Shown: positions 40,325 through 49,150 of the stretch, piece after piece
Layout of the letters: every line of letters starts with the position of its first letter
Position numbering within the stretch: the first letter of the stretch is position 1
NCBI GenBank assembly: GCA_965217715.1
Contig: OZ244563.1
Span: 405,116 to 469,115 of the forward strand
DNA from: Candidatus Poribacteria bacterium
GTDB taxonomy: Bacteria > Poribacteria > WGA-4E > WGA-3G
Length of the DNA: 64,000 bases
Direction of reading: 5' to 3'
The notes under the pieces: model-generated
Told to the model about the DNA's origin: nothing
The model's database searches: none
Seen by the model: only the letters and a program-made list of their open reading frames with translations
Position numbers and translations under genes: made by a program

Positions 40325-42259
40325 CTAATGCGAGTGTCCTGCGTGCGCGTCAACTACATCAGTGGAACCTGCTGAAGCTCTTTTGAGTTGATGAGTTCCT
40401 TGGACAACTACAAATTCACCTATGAATAAACCATCTTTGATTTCAATATACTGGTCATCTTTTGCACCAACTTCAACTTCATGTTTGACGTAAGTATTAC
40501 CCGATTCAACAAAGACAAACTTTGTAGCACCATCTTCCAGTACAGCACTCAACGGCACACTCAAGACATCATCCAATTTTTCAATGACGAGTGTTTGTTC
40601 AGCAAACATTCCCGGTTTCAATTGATAACTGGAATTGTCTACCTCTGTCCAAAAATGGACGGTGCGTTTATCCGGATTCATAACGGCAGAGATTTGAGAA
40701 ATCTTCCCTGTGAAAACTTTTCCGGGATAAGCAGGAACCCGAATTCGCACATCGCTTCCTATTTGCCACTTGTCCTGTAAAAGTGCAAGCGTGTCTTCGT
40801 AAGCCTCACCCTCAATCCATACGACATCAGTATCAAGTATTGAGTATAGAGAATCACTTTTGTCAACGGTTGCACCGAGTGTTACATCTTGTTTGACGAT
40901 CTGTCCAACAGATGGTGCTTTGACGTAAAATCGTGCCTGAGATTTTCCTGTTTCAATGACTTTTTCTATCTCATTTGCGGTCATACCGAACACTTCAAGT
41001 TTCTGATGAACTTTGGCTAACACAATAGCAGCATTGCGCTGTGCTTCTTCCGTTTGGAGCAGTGCTTCTAATGCCTCTGAACTCGTCATGAAAGGCGCGA
41101 AATTTTCAATGAGTTCCTCAGCGGATAAATTTTTGAACGAGATAATTGAAGTAGTTTTAGCAAGGTTTTCAATATGGGTTTCAGTTAAACCCCCGGCTAA
41201 TGCCCGTAGTTTGTTAGCTTCAACTTTGACAACAGCAGATTTGTACACTGTTTCTGCGTCAACCAATCCAGACGCTTCTTCAATTAAAGTAACATATTTC
41301 AAGGCATCAACACTATCAGTCGTTTGTGTTGATGTTGACTGTGATTTGCTGTCCGCATTCAGCAGAACGAGAATTAGCGTTGTTCCGTCATCACTTAGTA
41401 TTTTTTTAAGTGTTTCTTCATTGATACCGAGGATCTGAAATTGTCGCTTTGCCCCAGCGAATGCGTTGGTTGCTTTTGTGTATGCTGCTTTTTGCGCGAT
41501 AAGTTCCTTATGTGCAGATATACGTTTTTCTGTGAGCATCTCAATACGCGCAAGCGTGTTTTCAAGTAATTTGCGTTCAACATCAGTTTTCACAAGATCA
41601 ACACGCATCTGTTCTAAAGCTGAAATGGTCTTTGCAATAGCTAATGTTCTATGTTTCAGAAAAGCTGCTTTTTGCTCTTGCATCTCAGCAAGTGATTGTA
41701 AATAGTCAATTTGTAGCGTTTGCAATTCCAGTCGTATCTGCTTAGCAAAAACTGATTTCTGTTTTGCTAATTTAACGTCTAAAGACTTCTGTTGATGGAC
41801 TGCTTCAATCAGGTCAATCTCAGCCAATTGTAAGTCAAGACTCTCCAATTCAAGTAGGACATCACCTTTTTTTACCGAGTCACCAAGATTAGAGTGGATG
41901 TGTTTTACGATACCACCAATTCTTGGTGTAACGACTGCCTGTTTTCCAGGATGGGCAATGACGTTACCCGTAACTTGAACAACCTTTTCTATAGTGTGAA
42001 TGTCAGTTTCAGCAGTCTTTAAACCAATATTCGCTTTTGCTTTATCGGTGAGACTCACCTCGTTTTCCGCTGTGTGAGCATGACCGTTCTCTCCAGCAGG
42101 GTTATGTGGCGCGTCCTCTTTTTGTTCTCTATTTTCGCTGATAACCTGTTCTTCGTCCGCCCAAGCTAATGTGAGATAGGGATTTGATGAAAGCAAACCG
42201 CCTATTGCTATTACAAAAATTACTAAAAATAGTTGTATGAAATGAAAGTTGCGTTGCAT
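40325..42259 (-). CDS. RND efflux periplasmic adaptor (membrane fusion protein, CzcB/CusB-like) with His-rich termini
   Basis: N-terminal TM, an unusually long coiled-coil hairpin, then beta-barrel and MP domains '...VIEKLDDVLSVPLSAVLEDGATKFVFVE'. His-rich N-terminal (PHNPAGENGHAHTAENE) and C-terminal (VDAHAGHSH) tails suggest metal binding. Confidence 0.85.
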   Translation of the reverse strand: MQRNFHFIQLFLVIFVIAIGGLLSSNPYLTLAWADEEQVISENREQKEDAPHNPAGENGHAHTAENEVSLTDKAKANIGLKTAETDIHTIEKVVQVTGNVIAHPGKQAVVTPRIGGIVKHIHSNLGDSVKKGDVLLELESLDLQLAEIDLIEAVHQQKSLDVKLAKQKSVFAKQIRLELQTLQIDYLQSLAEMQEQKAAFLKHRTLAIAKTISALEQMRVDLVKTDVERKLLENTLARIEMLTEKRISAHKELIAQKAAYTKATNAFAGAKRQFQILGINEETLKKILSDDGTTLILVLLNADSKSQSTSTQTTDSVDALKYVTLIEEASGLVDAETVYKSAVVKVEANKLRALAGGLTETHIENLAKTTSIISFKNLSAEELIENFAPFMTSSEALEALLQTEEAQRNAAIVLAKVHQKLEVFGMTANEIEKVIETGKSQARFYVKAPSVGQIVKQDVTLGATVDKSDSLYSILDTDVVWIEGEAYEDTLALLQDKWQIGSDVRIRVPAYPGKVFTGKISQISAVMNPDKRTVHFWTEVDNSSYQLKPGMFAEQTLVIEKLDDVLSVPLSAVLEDGATKFVFVESGNTYVKHEVEVGAKDDQYIEIKDGLFIGEFVVVQGTHQLKRASAGSTDVVDAHAGHSH

Positions 42260-42293
42260 TTTTTGCCTCCTTATAGATAATATGCGTTATAGA

Positions 42294-42430
42294 TATGGTA
42301 GATTATTGATTTAATTAGACGTATTTATCTGTAGGAGGGAACTCCGATTCCCGACTATCAGTGAAGTTCGTCGCGATTCGGAGATCGCTCCTACAGGTGA
42401 GGTGTATAATAATTTCCATATTTCACCATA
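42294..42430. mobile_element. MITE-like element, copy 3, inserted in the 180-bp spacer between czcC-like and czcB-like genes
   Basis: TATGGTAGATTATTGATTTAATTAGACGTATTTAT-[core 42330..42395]-GTGAGGTGTATAATAATTTCCATATTTCACCATA. Confidence 0.75.
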
Positions 42431-42441
42431 ATACGCGTTAA

Positions 42442-43686
42442 CTATTGAACTAATTCAATTGGTGTGCCGATTGCAGCTTCAAGTTCTACGAATGCTTTTT
42501 GATAGGCTGCGAGTGCATCAAGATAAGCAAACCGCGTTTTGACAAATTCATTCTGCATTAAAATCACTTCCAAGAGTTCTGCCTCGCCCAATTCATAGGA
42601 AGAGCGGGTGAGGGTTAGGTTTTCATTGAGCAACTTCAGTAAATTGCCATCATAAAATTTCAGATTTTTTTCGGTAGCATTCAAGGAAAGAAATGCTGCT
42701 ATCACTTCACGGATGATCTGTCTCTCTGAATTGGTAATTTCTACTGTATAAACCTGTTTTTGTGCCTTTGCAGCATTAATTTCAGCACGATTCCAATCGA
42801 ACAGTGGCAAAGGTATTGAGAACTTCACCCCGAATCCTGCCGACCCGAAACTACGTTCTGCAATGCCGCCGATACTCAGGTCAGGAATGTTTGCCGCTTT
42901 TGCAAGCCTGTAGGTGCTTTCGGTCTGTTTCACGCTTAATCTCAGCGACTTTAGGTCAGCACGATGTGCAAGTGCATGCGCCTTTAAAGTATCAAGTTTC
43001 AATTTTTTAGGTGTTTTTTCGGTCAGACTTCCGGTTGCGGTAGGTATTGCATCAAGTGGAGTCCCCATCAAACCGTTGAGTTCAAGTTGTGCTAACTGTA
43101 AATCACTCTCTAACGTAGCAGATTCGCGCAGTGCTGACTGCAGCTGAATGTTCGCGAGACCTACTTGTGTGACAGAAATATCACCTGCTTCAAACTGAAT
43201 GCTTGCCATCTCAAACATCTGTTGATTGTGTTTGGTAATTTCTCTTGCTAACTTAAGTTTTTCTTGCACAAGAACAAGTTGATAAAAAGCGAGTTTCACA
43301 GACTTAGTAAGTTTCTGAGATTCTTCTGTGAGTTTAAGATTTACTTTTTCAAGGTTTATCTTTGCTATCTGTTTCCGATGACCCCGTTGCCCGCCAAGTT
43401 CAAAGGTCTTCGTTAATTCAAGTATCTGTTTCGCATCAGAACCACCGATAAATTCGGATTCCAATTCGGGATTGCTCAGCAAAGCGATACCATCAAGTTG
43501 GGCTTGTGCGACCTTAGTTTTTTCGCGAATCGCTTTGAGTGAAGGGTTTTCACGCAACGCAGTCTGAATTGCTGTTTCAAGATTTAATTCTTCATTTTGG
43601 ACAGCAAAAGTGGTTATTGGCAAAATAATGAAACTTAAAATGTACATTCCTATGATTGTGATGGTAAAGCTTAATCTGGTGTTCAT
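42442..43686 (-). CDS. TolC-like outer-membrane efflux protein (OEP family, CzcC-like)
   Basis: Signal or TM N-terminus, then two OEP repeats with long alpha-helical coiled coils, 'LETAIQTALRENPSLKA' at the start of the first. Start at ATG 43686, which has a GAGGTG SD; the ORF-track GTG at 43704 is possible. Confidence 0.85.
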   Translation of the reverse strand: MNTRLSFTITIIGMYILSFIILPITTFAVQNEELNLETAIQTALRENPSLKAIREKTKVAQAQLDGIALLSNPELESEFIGGSDAKQILELTKTFELGGQRGHRKQIAKINLEKVNLKLTEESQKLTKSVKLAFYQLVLVQEKLKLAREITKHNQQMFEMASIQFEAGDISVTQVGLANIQLQSALRESATLESDLQLAQLELNGLMGTPLDAIPTATGSLTEKTPKKLKLDTLKAHALAHRADLKSLRLSVKQTESTYRLAKAANIPDLSIGGIAERSFGSAGFGVKFSIPLPLFDWNRAEINAAKAQKQVYTVEITNSERQIIREVIAAFLSLNATEKNLKFYDGNLLKLLNENLTLTRSSYELGEAELLEVILMQNEFVKTRFAYLDALAAYQKAFVELEAAIGTPIELVQ

Positions 43687-43847
43687 TCGTTTTTTGCACC
43701 TCACAAGTTAGATTACATAAAAGTGGTTGGCAATGTTTAAAATGCATAAATAGTGTATAGGATTACCCGCGAAAATCACACTATACGGGTTACATAATAC
43801 CATTTCAAAAAAATAACTACTCTTAACCTAAGTTGCCACCTATGTAG

Positions 43848-44095
43848 CACAAACTTTATGAAGATTAAGAAAATATTTCGGTAATTCTAATTCTTCCCAA
43901 ACCCGGTAGATGCGGTTTCCTAACCGCATCGGAGTTTCTCCAAAATTACCGAATTAATAAATTAATCTTCATTTAGTTTGTGCATATTAGTCCGCAAACT
44001 GAAAGTTTGCGCTACAATATTTCACCATTAACGAACTGTTCTCTATTAAAAATGGTGTCTGTGTGCCTAAAATCTTATAGGTAGCAACTTGGGTT
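43848..44095. repeat. pair of ~21-bp inverted repeats (AACCTAAGTTGCCACCTAT / ATAGGTAGCAACTTGGGTT) flanking a ~200-bp repeat-rich segment
   Basis: 19 of 21 complementarity. The interior carries GGTAGATGCGGTTTCCTAACCGCATC (family shared with 36473 and 36788). Confidence 0.4.
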
Positions 44096-44114
44096 ACTCT
44101 TAAAGAAATAGACC

Positions 44115-44150
44115 GTTCGTAGTCGCGCAATTCATTGTGCCTCGGACATT
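44115..44150 (+). repeat. family-2 hairpin repeat, variant (CGTTCGTAGTCGCGCAATTCATTGTGCCTCGGACATT)
   Basis: One stem mismatch (ATTGTGC). It carries the CTCGGACATT tail shared with 32971. Confidence 0.65.
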
Positions 44151-44296
44151 TCTTTTCAAAAGAGAAAATAATTTATAGAATTGGTATAACAGTATTTTAA
44201 GGTATGGATTTAAGATAATACAAAGCCATCTTAAAATCGCTGTAAATTTATGCAGAATTCAAGATAACAGGAGTACTTATAATAGCGGGGGAAGGA

Positions 44297-44764
44297 TTAA
44301 ATGCGGAGGGCAACAGTACGAAGTGAAACGAGCGTATGGTTAATTAAAGGTGGAACGAGCAAAAGATGGGATGGAGTAAAAACATTTGATAAATGAGTCT
44401 CAAGTGTAATTAGAGAGGCTGCGTGAATGGATTTGTCTGTTGACAAATTTTCTTCAACAGCAACAATGTATAATTCACTGTTTAGTGAAGCAAAAATGGG
44501 TAGGTCAACACATTCGCCGCAGTGGTCATCATGCGCAGCAGGTATCTCTGGGTAAGCCAAATCAGGGGAAGGTACGTCTGCACAACAACCGTTGACAGAA
44601 AATTCAAATTCAACGTGCCCATCTTCACCAATGCACAGAACATACTGAGACAGCTGCATCGGAACTATGGCAAAATAGATAAATAGCCAAATTATAGGTG
44701 TAACAGTTCTGTTTTTTTGGGAGAAAAGAAAAACCATGTGTTGTATGCCTAATTTGCCGAACAT
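44297..44764 (-). CDS. hypothetical Cys-rich protein with N-terminal hydrophobic segment
   Basis: ORF-track 44297..44875 trimmed to the first Met downstream of the family-1 repeat. The upstream 37 codons are a read-through of the palindromic element, giving the same 'SDLRIATS..DSRESEFPPT' pseudo-peptide as ORF 48745..48951. It contains CC-x-D...HC-x-EC motifs. Confidence 0.4.
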   Translation of the reverse strand: MFGKLGIQHMVFLFSQKNRTVTPIIWLFIYFAIVPMQLSQYVLCIGEDGHVEFEFSVNGCCADVPSPDLAYPEIPAAHDDHCGECVDLPIFASLNSELYIVAVEENLSTDKSIHAASLITLETHLSNVFTPSHLLLVPPLINHTLVSLRTVALRI

Positions 44765-44785
44765 TTTGAGTTGTAGGTTTTGAGT

Positions 44786-44852
44786 TGTAGGAGGGAACTC
44801 CGATTCCCGACTATCAGTGAGGCTCGTCGCGATTCGGAGATCGCTCTTACAG
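44786..44852. repeat. family-1 nested-palindrome element plus conserved flank GAAAATGTTCTTCTTTAATTTCAAAG
   Basis: TGTAGGAGGGAACTCCGATTCCCGAC-tatcagtgaggctc-GTCGCGATTCGGAGATCGCTCTTACA. The same flank occurs at 59189 and, inverted, at 48745..48768. Confidence 0.85.
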
Positions 44853-45270
44853 AAAATGTTCTTCTTTAATTTCAAAGTTTACCATATTATGAAGTATACA
44901 CAATTTTCTAACACAATGTCAAGAAGAAAATTTAAAAGTAATCGTTACGTGTGATTCTTCCAAAACAATGCAATTGTTTTGAATAATTAGGTTAAATGTT
45001 CAAATTATAGACAGCAATGTCCATATTATAACTACATTTTCCATTATTGTGGCATAAATCGCTATGATTCCAAGCTCAACCGTTTATTACAATTGGCATC
45101 GTATTTGCTCATATTTCATTATGAGGAAAATCAGTAACGAAATCACTACCTTTGCTTGCACACAAATTCCTTGAAAATTGCATTAAAAAATGCTAAAATC
45201 TAAATGATACGTTCTATCTATTATGTGTAAGTTTTAGTCAAACCTATATGAAGGTAAAGAGGATATACAA

Positions 45271-46242
45271 GTGAAGAAAAAAATGATATGGGTAGCAATG
45301 TTGTTTTTGATGTGTGTTGCTACCGGTCACGGTGAGTACAATGGAGAAGTTTGGGTTGTTAGTGGTGGAGATACCGTTTATAAATTACATGCAAATGGTG
45401 CTGCTGATCCTTCTGCTATCCAAGGATTAAAAAATGCAAGCACTGTGCAAGTCAATCCTGTTACGGGAATTGTTTGGATTGCAGTTCCTGCAAATAGTGC
45501 TGTTTTCAGATACGATCCCGCTGCAGGTGATGCAGGTGAATTCACTCAAACGCCGCCGATTAATGCGCCTACAGGAATCTCTGTTAATCCCACTGATGGA
45601 ACCGTTTGGATTGCTGGGCTTGACGGTGTCCGAAAAATCTCTGCAGATGGAAAAAATATTCTTGCACAAGTAATTCCCCCCGACGGACCTGCGAATGAAG
45701 ACAGCGGTAGGTTCAACGTGGCTGTCAACCCAAAGGATGGCAGCTGCTGGATAACGGATGGAAAGGGTCCAATTGCACGTTATGATGCAAATGGGAATCT
45801 GCTTGCAAATGCACCACCGCTGAACGAACCGAAAGGTGGTTTGTCAGTAGACTACCAAGGGAATGTCTGGGTAGCAGATACGCAGGGGGACATCGTTGTC
45901 CGTTACTCTCCTAATGGCGAAGAATTGGTAAAGATAACCGATATTCCTAATCCTGTTTCACCGAGTGTAAATCCAAAAGATGGAAGTGTGTGGCTTGCAG
46001 GAAATAACAGTATGTTGATCAATTTATCACCCACAGGCACAAAACTCAAAGAATTTATGGTTGGTGGGGCACTTGTTGCGGTTACCTATTCACCTGCAGA
46101 CGGAGAGATTTGGGTTGCAGACATGTTTAGTGAAACGTTTCAGGGACAGGTCAGCAAATGGACGGCAAATGGTGTAAAGCGTTTTGGAAACGCTATTCCG
46201 AATCCCTCGACCGTTTCAATCGGATTTTGGGAAGGGAATTGA
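45271..46242 (+). CDS. secreted six-bladed beta-propeller protein (NHL/YVTN-like repeats)
   Basis: Signal peptide, then six repeats of the V-NP-DG-VWIA type (VNPVTGIVWIA, VNPTDGTVWIA, VNPKDGSCWIT, VDYQGNVWVA, VNPKDGSVWLA, YSPADGEIWVA). GTG start after an AAAGAGGA RBS. Confidence 0.6.
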   Translation: MKKKMIWVAMLFLMCVATGHGEYNGEVWVVSGGDTVYKLHANGAADPSAIQGLKNASTVQVNPVTGIVWIAVPANSAVFRYDPAAGDAGEFTQTPPINAPTGISVNPTDGTVWIAGLDGVRKISADGKNILAQVIPPDGPANEDSGRFNVAVNPKDGSCWITDGKGPIARYDANGNLLANAPPLNEPKGGLSVDYQGNVWVADTQGDIVVRYSPNGEELVKITDIPNPVSPSVNPKDGSVWLAGNNSMLINLSPTGTKLKEFMVGGALVAVTYSPADGEIWVADMFSETFQGQVSKWTANGVKRFGNAIPNPSTVSIGFWEGN

Positions 46243-46339
46243 TTTGGTGTTTGCGATGGTTGGAAACGAAAAGACGTAGTAAATCGGGCGGACAAAGCCA
46301 GTCCACAAGAGTGCTTGTTGATAGTATGGGAGGTGTGTT

Positions 46340-48748
46340 ATGAAAAGATTTTTGGCTTTTGCAATCGGAATGTTTTTTGTGGCTGCTATTCTCGGAAATG
46401 CAGACGCACAACTCCCAGATTTTCAGATTGATTCTGAAAGTATTATCTTCTCTAATCCGAATCCTGTTGAAGGCGAGGAGATTACGATTTGGGTTGAGAT
46501 AAAAAACGTTGGAACTGAGACTCCCACGAGGAACGAAGACTTGGTCGTTGATCTTTTTGAAGGTGATCCAACGACAAAGCCACTTCAGATTTTATGCAAT
46601 GATGTCATTTTGGATTTGAAACCCGGAAAAACTGACCGTGTGGAGATACAGTGGCAGCCCCCTGCCGGTAGAACTGAGATTTATGCTATCGTCAACCCAA
46701 CAGGTGATAAACATATTGTAGAATCTAACAATGTGAATAACGAAGCATCTGCTGTGATAGTCGCTACCCAGATAACTTTTCCTGAAGTAACGCCAGAACA
46801 AATTCAAGCGTCAATAGATCAGGGTATTGCGTGGATAGAAGCACAACAAGGAAAAAGTAGTCGCACTTGTTTACAATGTGGAGTAGAAAACCAAATGATT
46901 TTAACCTGTGTTATCTGCGGCGCGAGTCTGAAAGGTTTAGCAGAAAATTTTATACCAGGTTCCGTCTGGAATTTTGGTGAAGACCCACTACAGGAAACAT
47001 CATTGGCATTACAGGCGTTGCTTGCCGCAGGACGCACCCCATCTGACCTTTCTGTGCAGAAAGGGCTTGCGGACCTTCTTGAACAGGATTGGAATACGCT
47101 TGATGTTTACCAATATGCTGTACTCATTCCGGTCTTGGTTGTAATACGGAACCCGGAAAATCGGGAACGCGCCCAATTCGCTGTGAATCAGCTCGTAAAA
47201 AAGCAACTTCCTATCCCCGGTAGTGAATTCGCTGATGTGAGGGATGATGGTGGTTGGGGTTATGGTTACTCAGCGGATGGTGCACACATGAACATGGTTA
47301 TCTACGCGCTTTATGCTGCAAAGCAGTGGGGTCTTGAAATTCCACAAGATACATGGACACGTGCAGAGAGGTGGATTCGTGGAAATCAGACTGACACGGG
47401 CGGATGGCTCTATAATTTGGTTGAAGAAGGGTCACTGTGGGGAATTGGCGTTTACGGCAGCATGACCGCTACTGGTTTGTGGGCACTTCGTGCATGTGGT
47501 GTTTCCATTGATGATCCTCAGGTACGAAAAGGTATTCGCTGGCTAACAAAGCACTGGTCACTTACACGAAATCCAGGATCGACTTCTTGGCTTTATTATT
47601 ATCTTCTTTCCCTGCAACGTTTTAGTGATATTCCGCCAAAGGAAGAGACATTGGCTGGTCATGACTGGTACAATGAAATTGCAAGCATGATGGTCTCAGA
47701 ACAAAAAGCGGACGGTAGTTGGGATAGTCCTGGGGCGGCGACAGATTTTATGTCTACTTGTTTTGCAGTCATGTTTTTGAGTCGCGCACTTGTTCGTCCG
47801 ACAGCACCAAATATTGGTGTGGTACCACAAAGCTTACGTTTTTCACCGCCATCTCCACGCGTTGGCGAAGCAGTGAAACTGAGTGCGACACTTAGAAATA
47901 CTGGCACTCCTTTTGATAAAACGCTGGAAGCCAAGTTTTTTGCTAATAACACTGAAGTCCAAACAGCGGAGGTATTCTGGACATCCACCCTCAATGAGTC
48001 TGTTGTTTCAGTTGACTGGGTACCAAAACAAGAAGGTGAAACAGAAATTTCTATTCATGTGGACTTTGATGATTTTGATAAAAGTGACAATTCAGATTCA
48101 GTACTTCTCAATGTTTATCCAAAATCTACGTCCGCAACAGACACACAGTTGGCAAAGATCAAGAAAATATCGGAAAATGTCTTTCAGATGGGTGTTGTTG
48201 TAGTTGATATAGAAAAAAAGGAAATTATTGTTCCAGGCGAAGTTAACATTGCAAGTGATGATGCAATAATCGAATTCTTTGCATGTGGGACACTCGGGCC
48301 ATCCCATGAGAGCATCTTGATGCTTGAGGCGGAACCAATTCATCTTTTTACTGCCCTCGGTTTACTGGACCTTGAATACGGCATGAATCTTGAAGTCCAA
48401 GGTGATCCACGCGATCCTGAGGGTTCTCACGTACAAATATGGGTTGAATGGAAACAGGGTAAAAAAGTTATCTCACATCCAGCACGCGAGTTGGTGTGGA
48501 ATACAATGTCTGGGCAACCGATGCAAAAAACACATTGGGTTTTTACCGGCGGACGACTCAGGAAAAACCAATTAACCTCACAACTCACGCATAATATCAT
48601 TGCAGTATACCGTGATCCTGATTCACTAATCAACAACCCATTATCCGGTGCCACTGATGATCGCACTTATCTTGTCAATACCGATGTAGTCCCACCTAAA
48701 GGCACAAAAGTTAAGGTTATTATTCGTCCCATATATGGTGAACTTTGA
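46340..48748 (+). CDS. secreted multidomain protein: CARDB, prenyltransferase/terpenoid-cyclase-like alpha-alpha toroid repeats, CARDB, C-terminal unknown domain
   Basis: Signal peptide. CARDB-like 'ESIIFSNPNPVEGEEITIWVEIKNVGT' and 'SPPSPRVGEAVKLSATLRNTGTP'. Toroid repeats 'DDGGWGYGYSADGAHMNMVIYALYA', 'DTGGWLY' and 'QKADGSWDSPG'. An internal 'CLQCGVENQMILTCVICG' CxxC...CxxC knuckle. Confidence 0.6.
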   Translation: MKRFLAFAIGMFFVAAILGNADAQLPDFQIDSESIIFSNPNPVEGEEITIWVEIKNVGTETPTRNEDLVVDLFEGDPTTKPLQILCNDVILDLKPGKTDRVEIQWQPPAGRTEIYAIVNPTGDKHIVESNNVNNEASAVIVATQITFPEVTPEQIQASIDQGIAWIEAQQGKSSRTCLQCGVENQMILTCVICGASLKGLAENFIPGSVWNFGEDPLQETSLALQALLAAGRTPSDLSVQKGLADLLEQDWNTLDVYQYAVLIPVLVVIRNPENRERAQFAVNQLVKKQLPIPGSEFADVRDDGGWGYGYSADGAHMNMVIYALYAAKQWGLEIPQDTWTRAERWIRGNQTDTGGWLYNLVEEGSLWGIGVYGSMTATGLWALRACGVSIDDPQVRKGIRWLTKHWSLTRNPGSTSWLYYYLLSLQRFSDIPPKEETLAGHDWYNEIASMMVSEQKADGSWDSPGAATDFMSTCFAVMFLSRALVRPTAPNIGVVPQSLRFSPPSPRVGEAVKLSATLRNTGTPFDKTLEAKFFANNTEVQTAEVFWTSTLNESVVSVDWVPKQEGETEISIHVDFDDFDKSDNSDSVLLNVYPKSTSATDTQLAKIKKISENVFQMGVVVVDIEKKEIIVPGEVNIASDDAIIEFFACGTLGPSHESILMLEAEPIHLFTALGLLDLEYGMNLEVQGDPRDPEGSHVQIWVEWKQGKKVISHPARELVWNTMSGQPMQKTHWVFTGGRLRKNQLTSQLTHNIIAVYRDPDSLINNPLSGATDDRTYLVNTDVVPPKGTKVKVIIRPIYGEL

Positions 48749-48768
48749 AATTAAAGAGACACTTTTTC

Positions 48769-48834
48769 TGTAGGAGCGATCTCCGAATCGCGACGAAACG
48801 CATTGATAGTCGGGAATCGGAGTTCCCTCCTACA
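48769..48834. repeat. family-1 nested-palindrome element beginning at the stop codon of the upstream gene
   Basis: TGTAGGAGCGATCTCCGAATCGCGAC-gaaacgcattgata-GTCGGGAATCGGAGTTCCCTCCTACA. The inverted flank 'tgaaattaaagagacacttttt' overlaps the TGA at 48746..48748. Confidence 0.85.
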
Positions 48835-48937
48835 GTTCAGGACTGTAGCGTTAATTGTAATCTTTACCATAAATCTTCAGCCACAATTTATGTGGTAGGT
48901 CAACCACACCTGAATTTCAACTCATGGAAAGAAAACA

Positions 48938-49120
48938 ATGCCTATTTTTGAATACCATTGTAACGCTTGTAAAACCAATTTCGAGGTGTTACAACGCACA
49001 AAGGATACAAAGAAAGTTCTGAAATGTCCTAACTGTGGCACACAAGATACGAAAAAACGTTTTTCAGCATTTGCAGCTATGGCAACCCAAAAGGAAACTG
49101 CTAAGGATAGTGCTACATGA
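48938..49120 (+). CDS. FmdB-family zinc-ribbon protein
   Basis: MPIFEYHCNACKTNFEVLQRTKDTKKVLKCPNCGTQDTKKRFS is the classic FmdB 'MPIYEY-C--C...CP-CG' pattern. Confidence 0.8.
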   Translation: MPIFEYHCNACKTNFEVLQRTKDTKKVLKCPNCGTQDTKKRFSAFAAMATQKETAKDSAT

Positions 49121-49150
49121 GCACTTCCCAATTAGTGACAGTTTGTCCAC

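Noticed and set aside
37050-43704. Assigning czc versus cus specificity to the RND efflux operon
   Set aside because: The HME-RND family call is secure. Substrate (Co/Zn/Cd versus Cu/Ag) cannot be decided from sequence reading alone, so gene symbols were left blank.
48745-48951. ORF 'MKLKRHFFCRSDLRIATKRIDSRESEFPPTVQ...', and the matching N-terminus of ORF 44297..44875
   Set aside because: The shared peptide arises from reading through the family-1 palindrome (CGATTCGGAGATCGCT...). Nucleotide repeat conservation explains the apparent protein similarity. For 44297..44875 only the part downstream of the repeat was kept.
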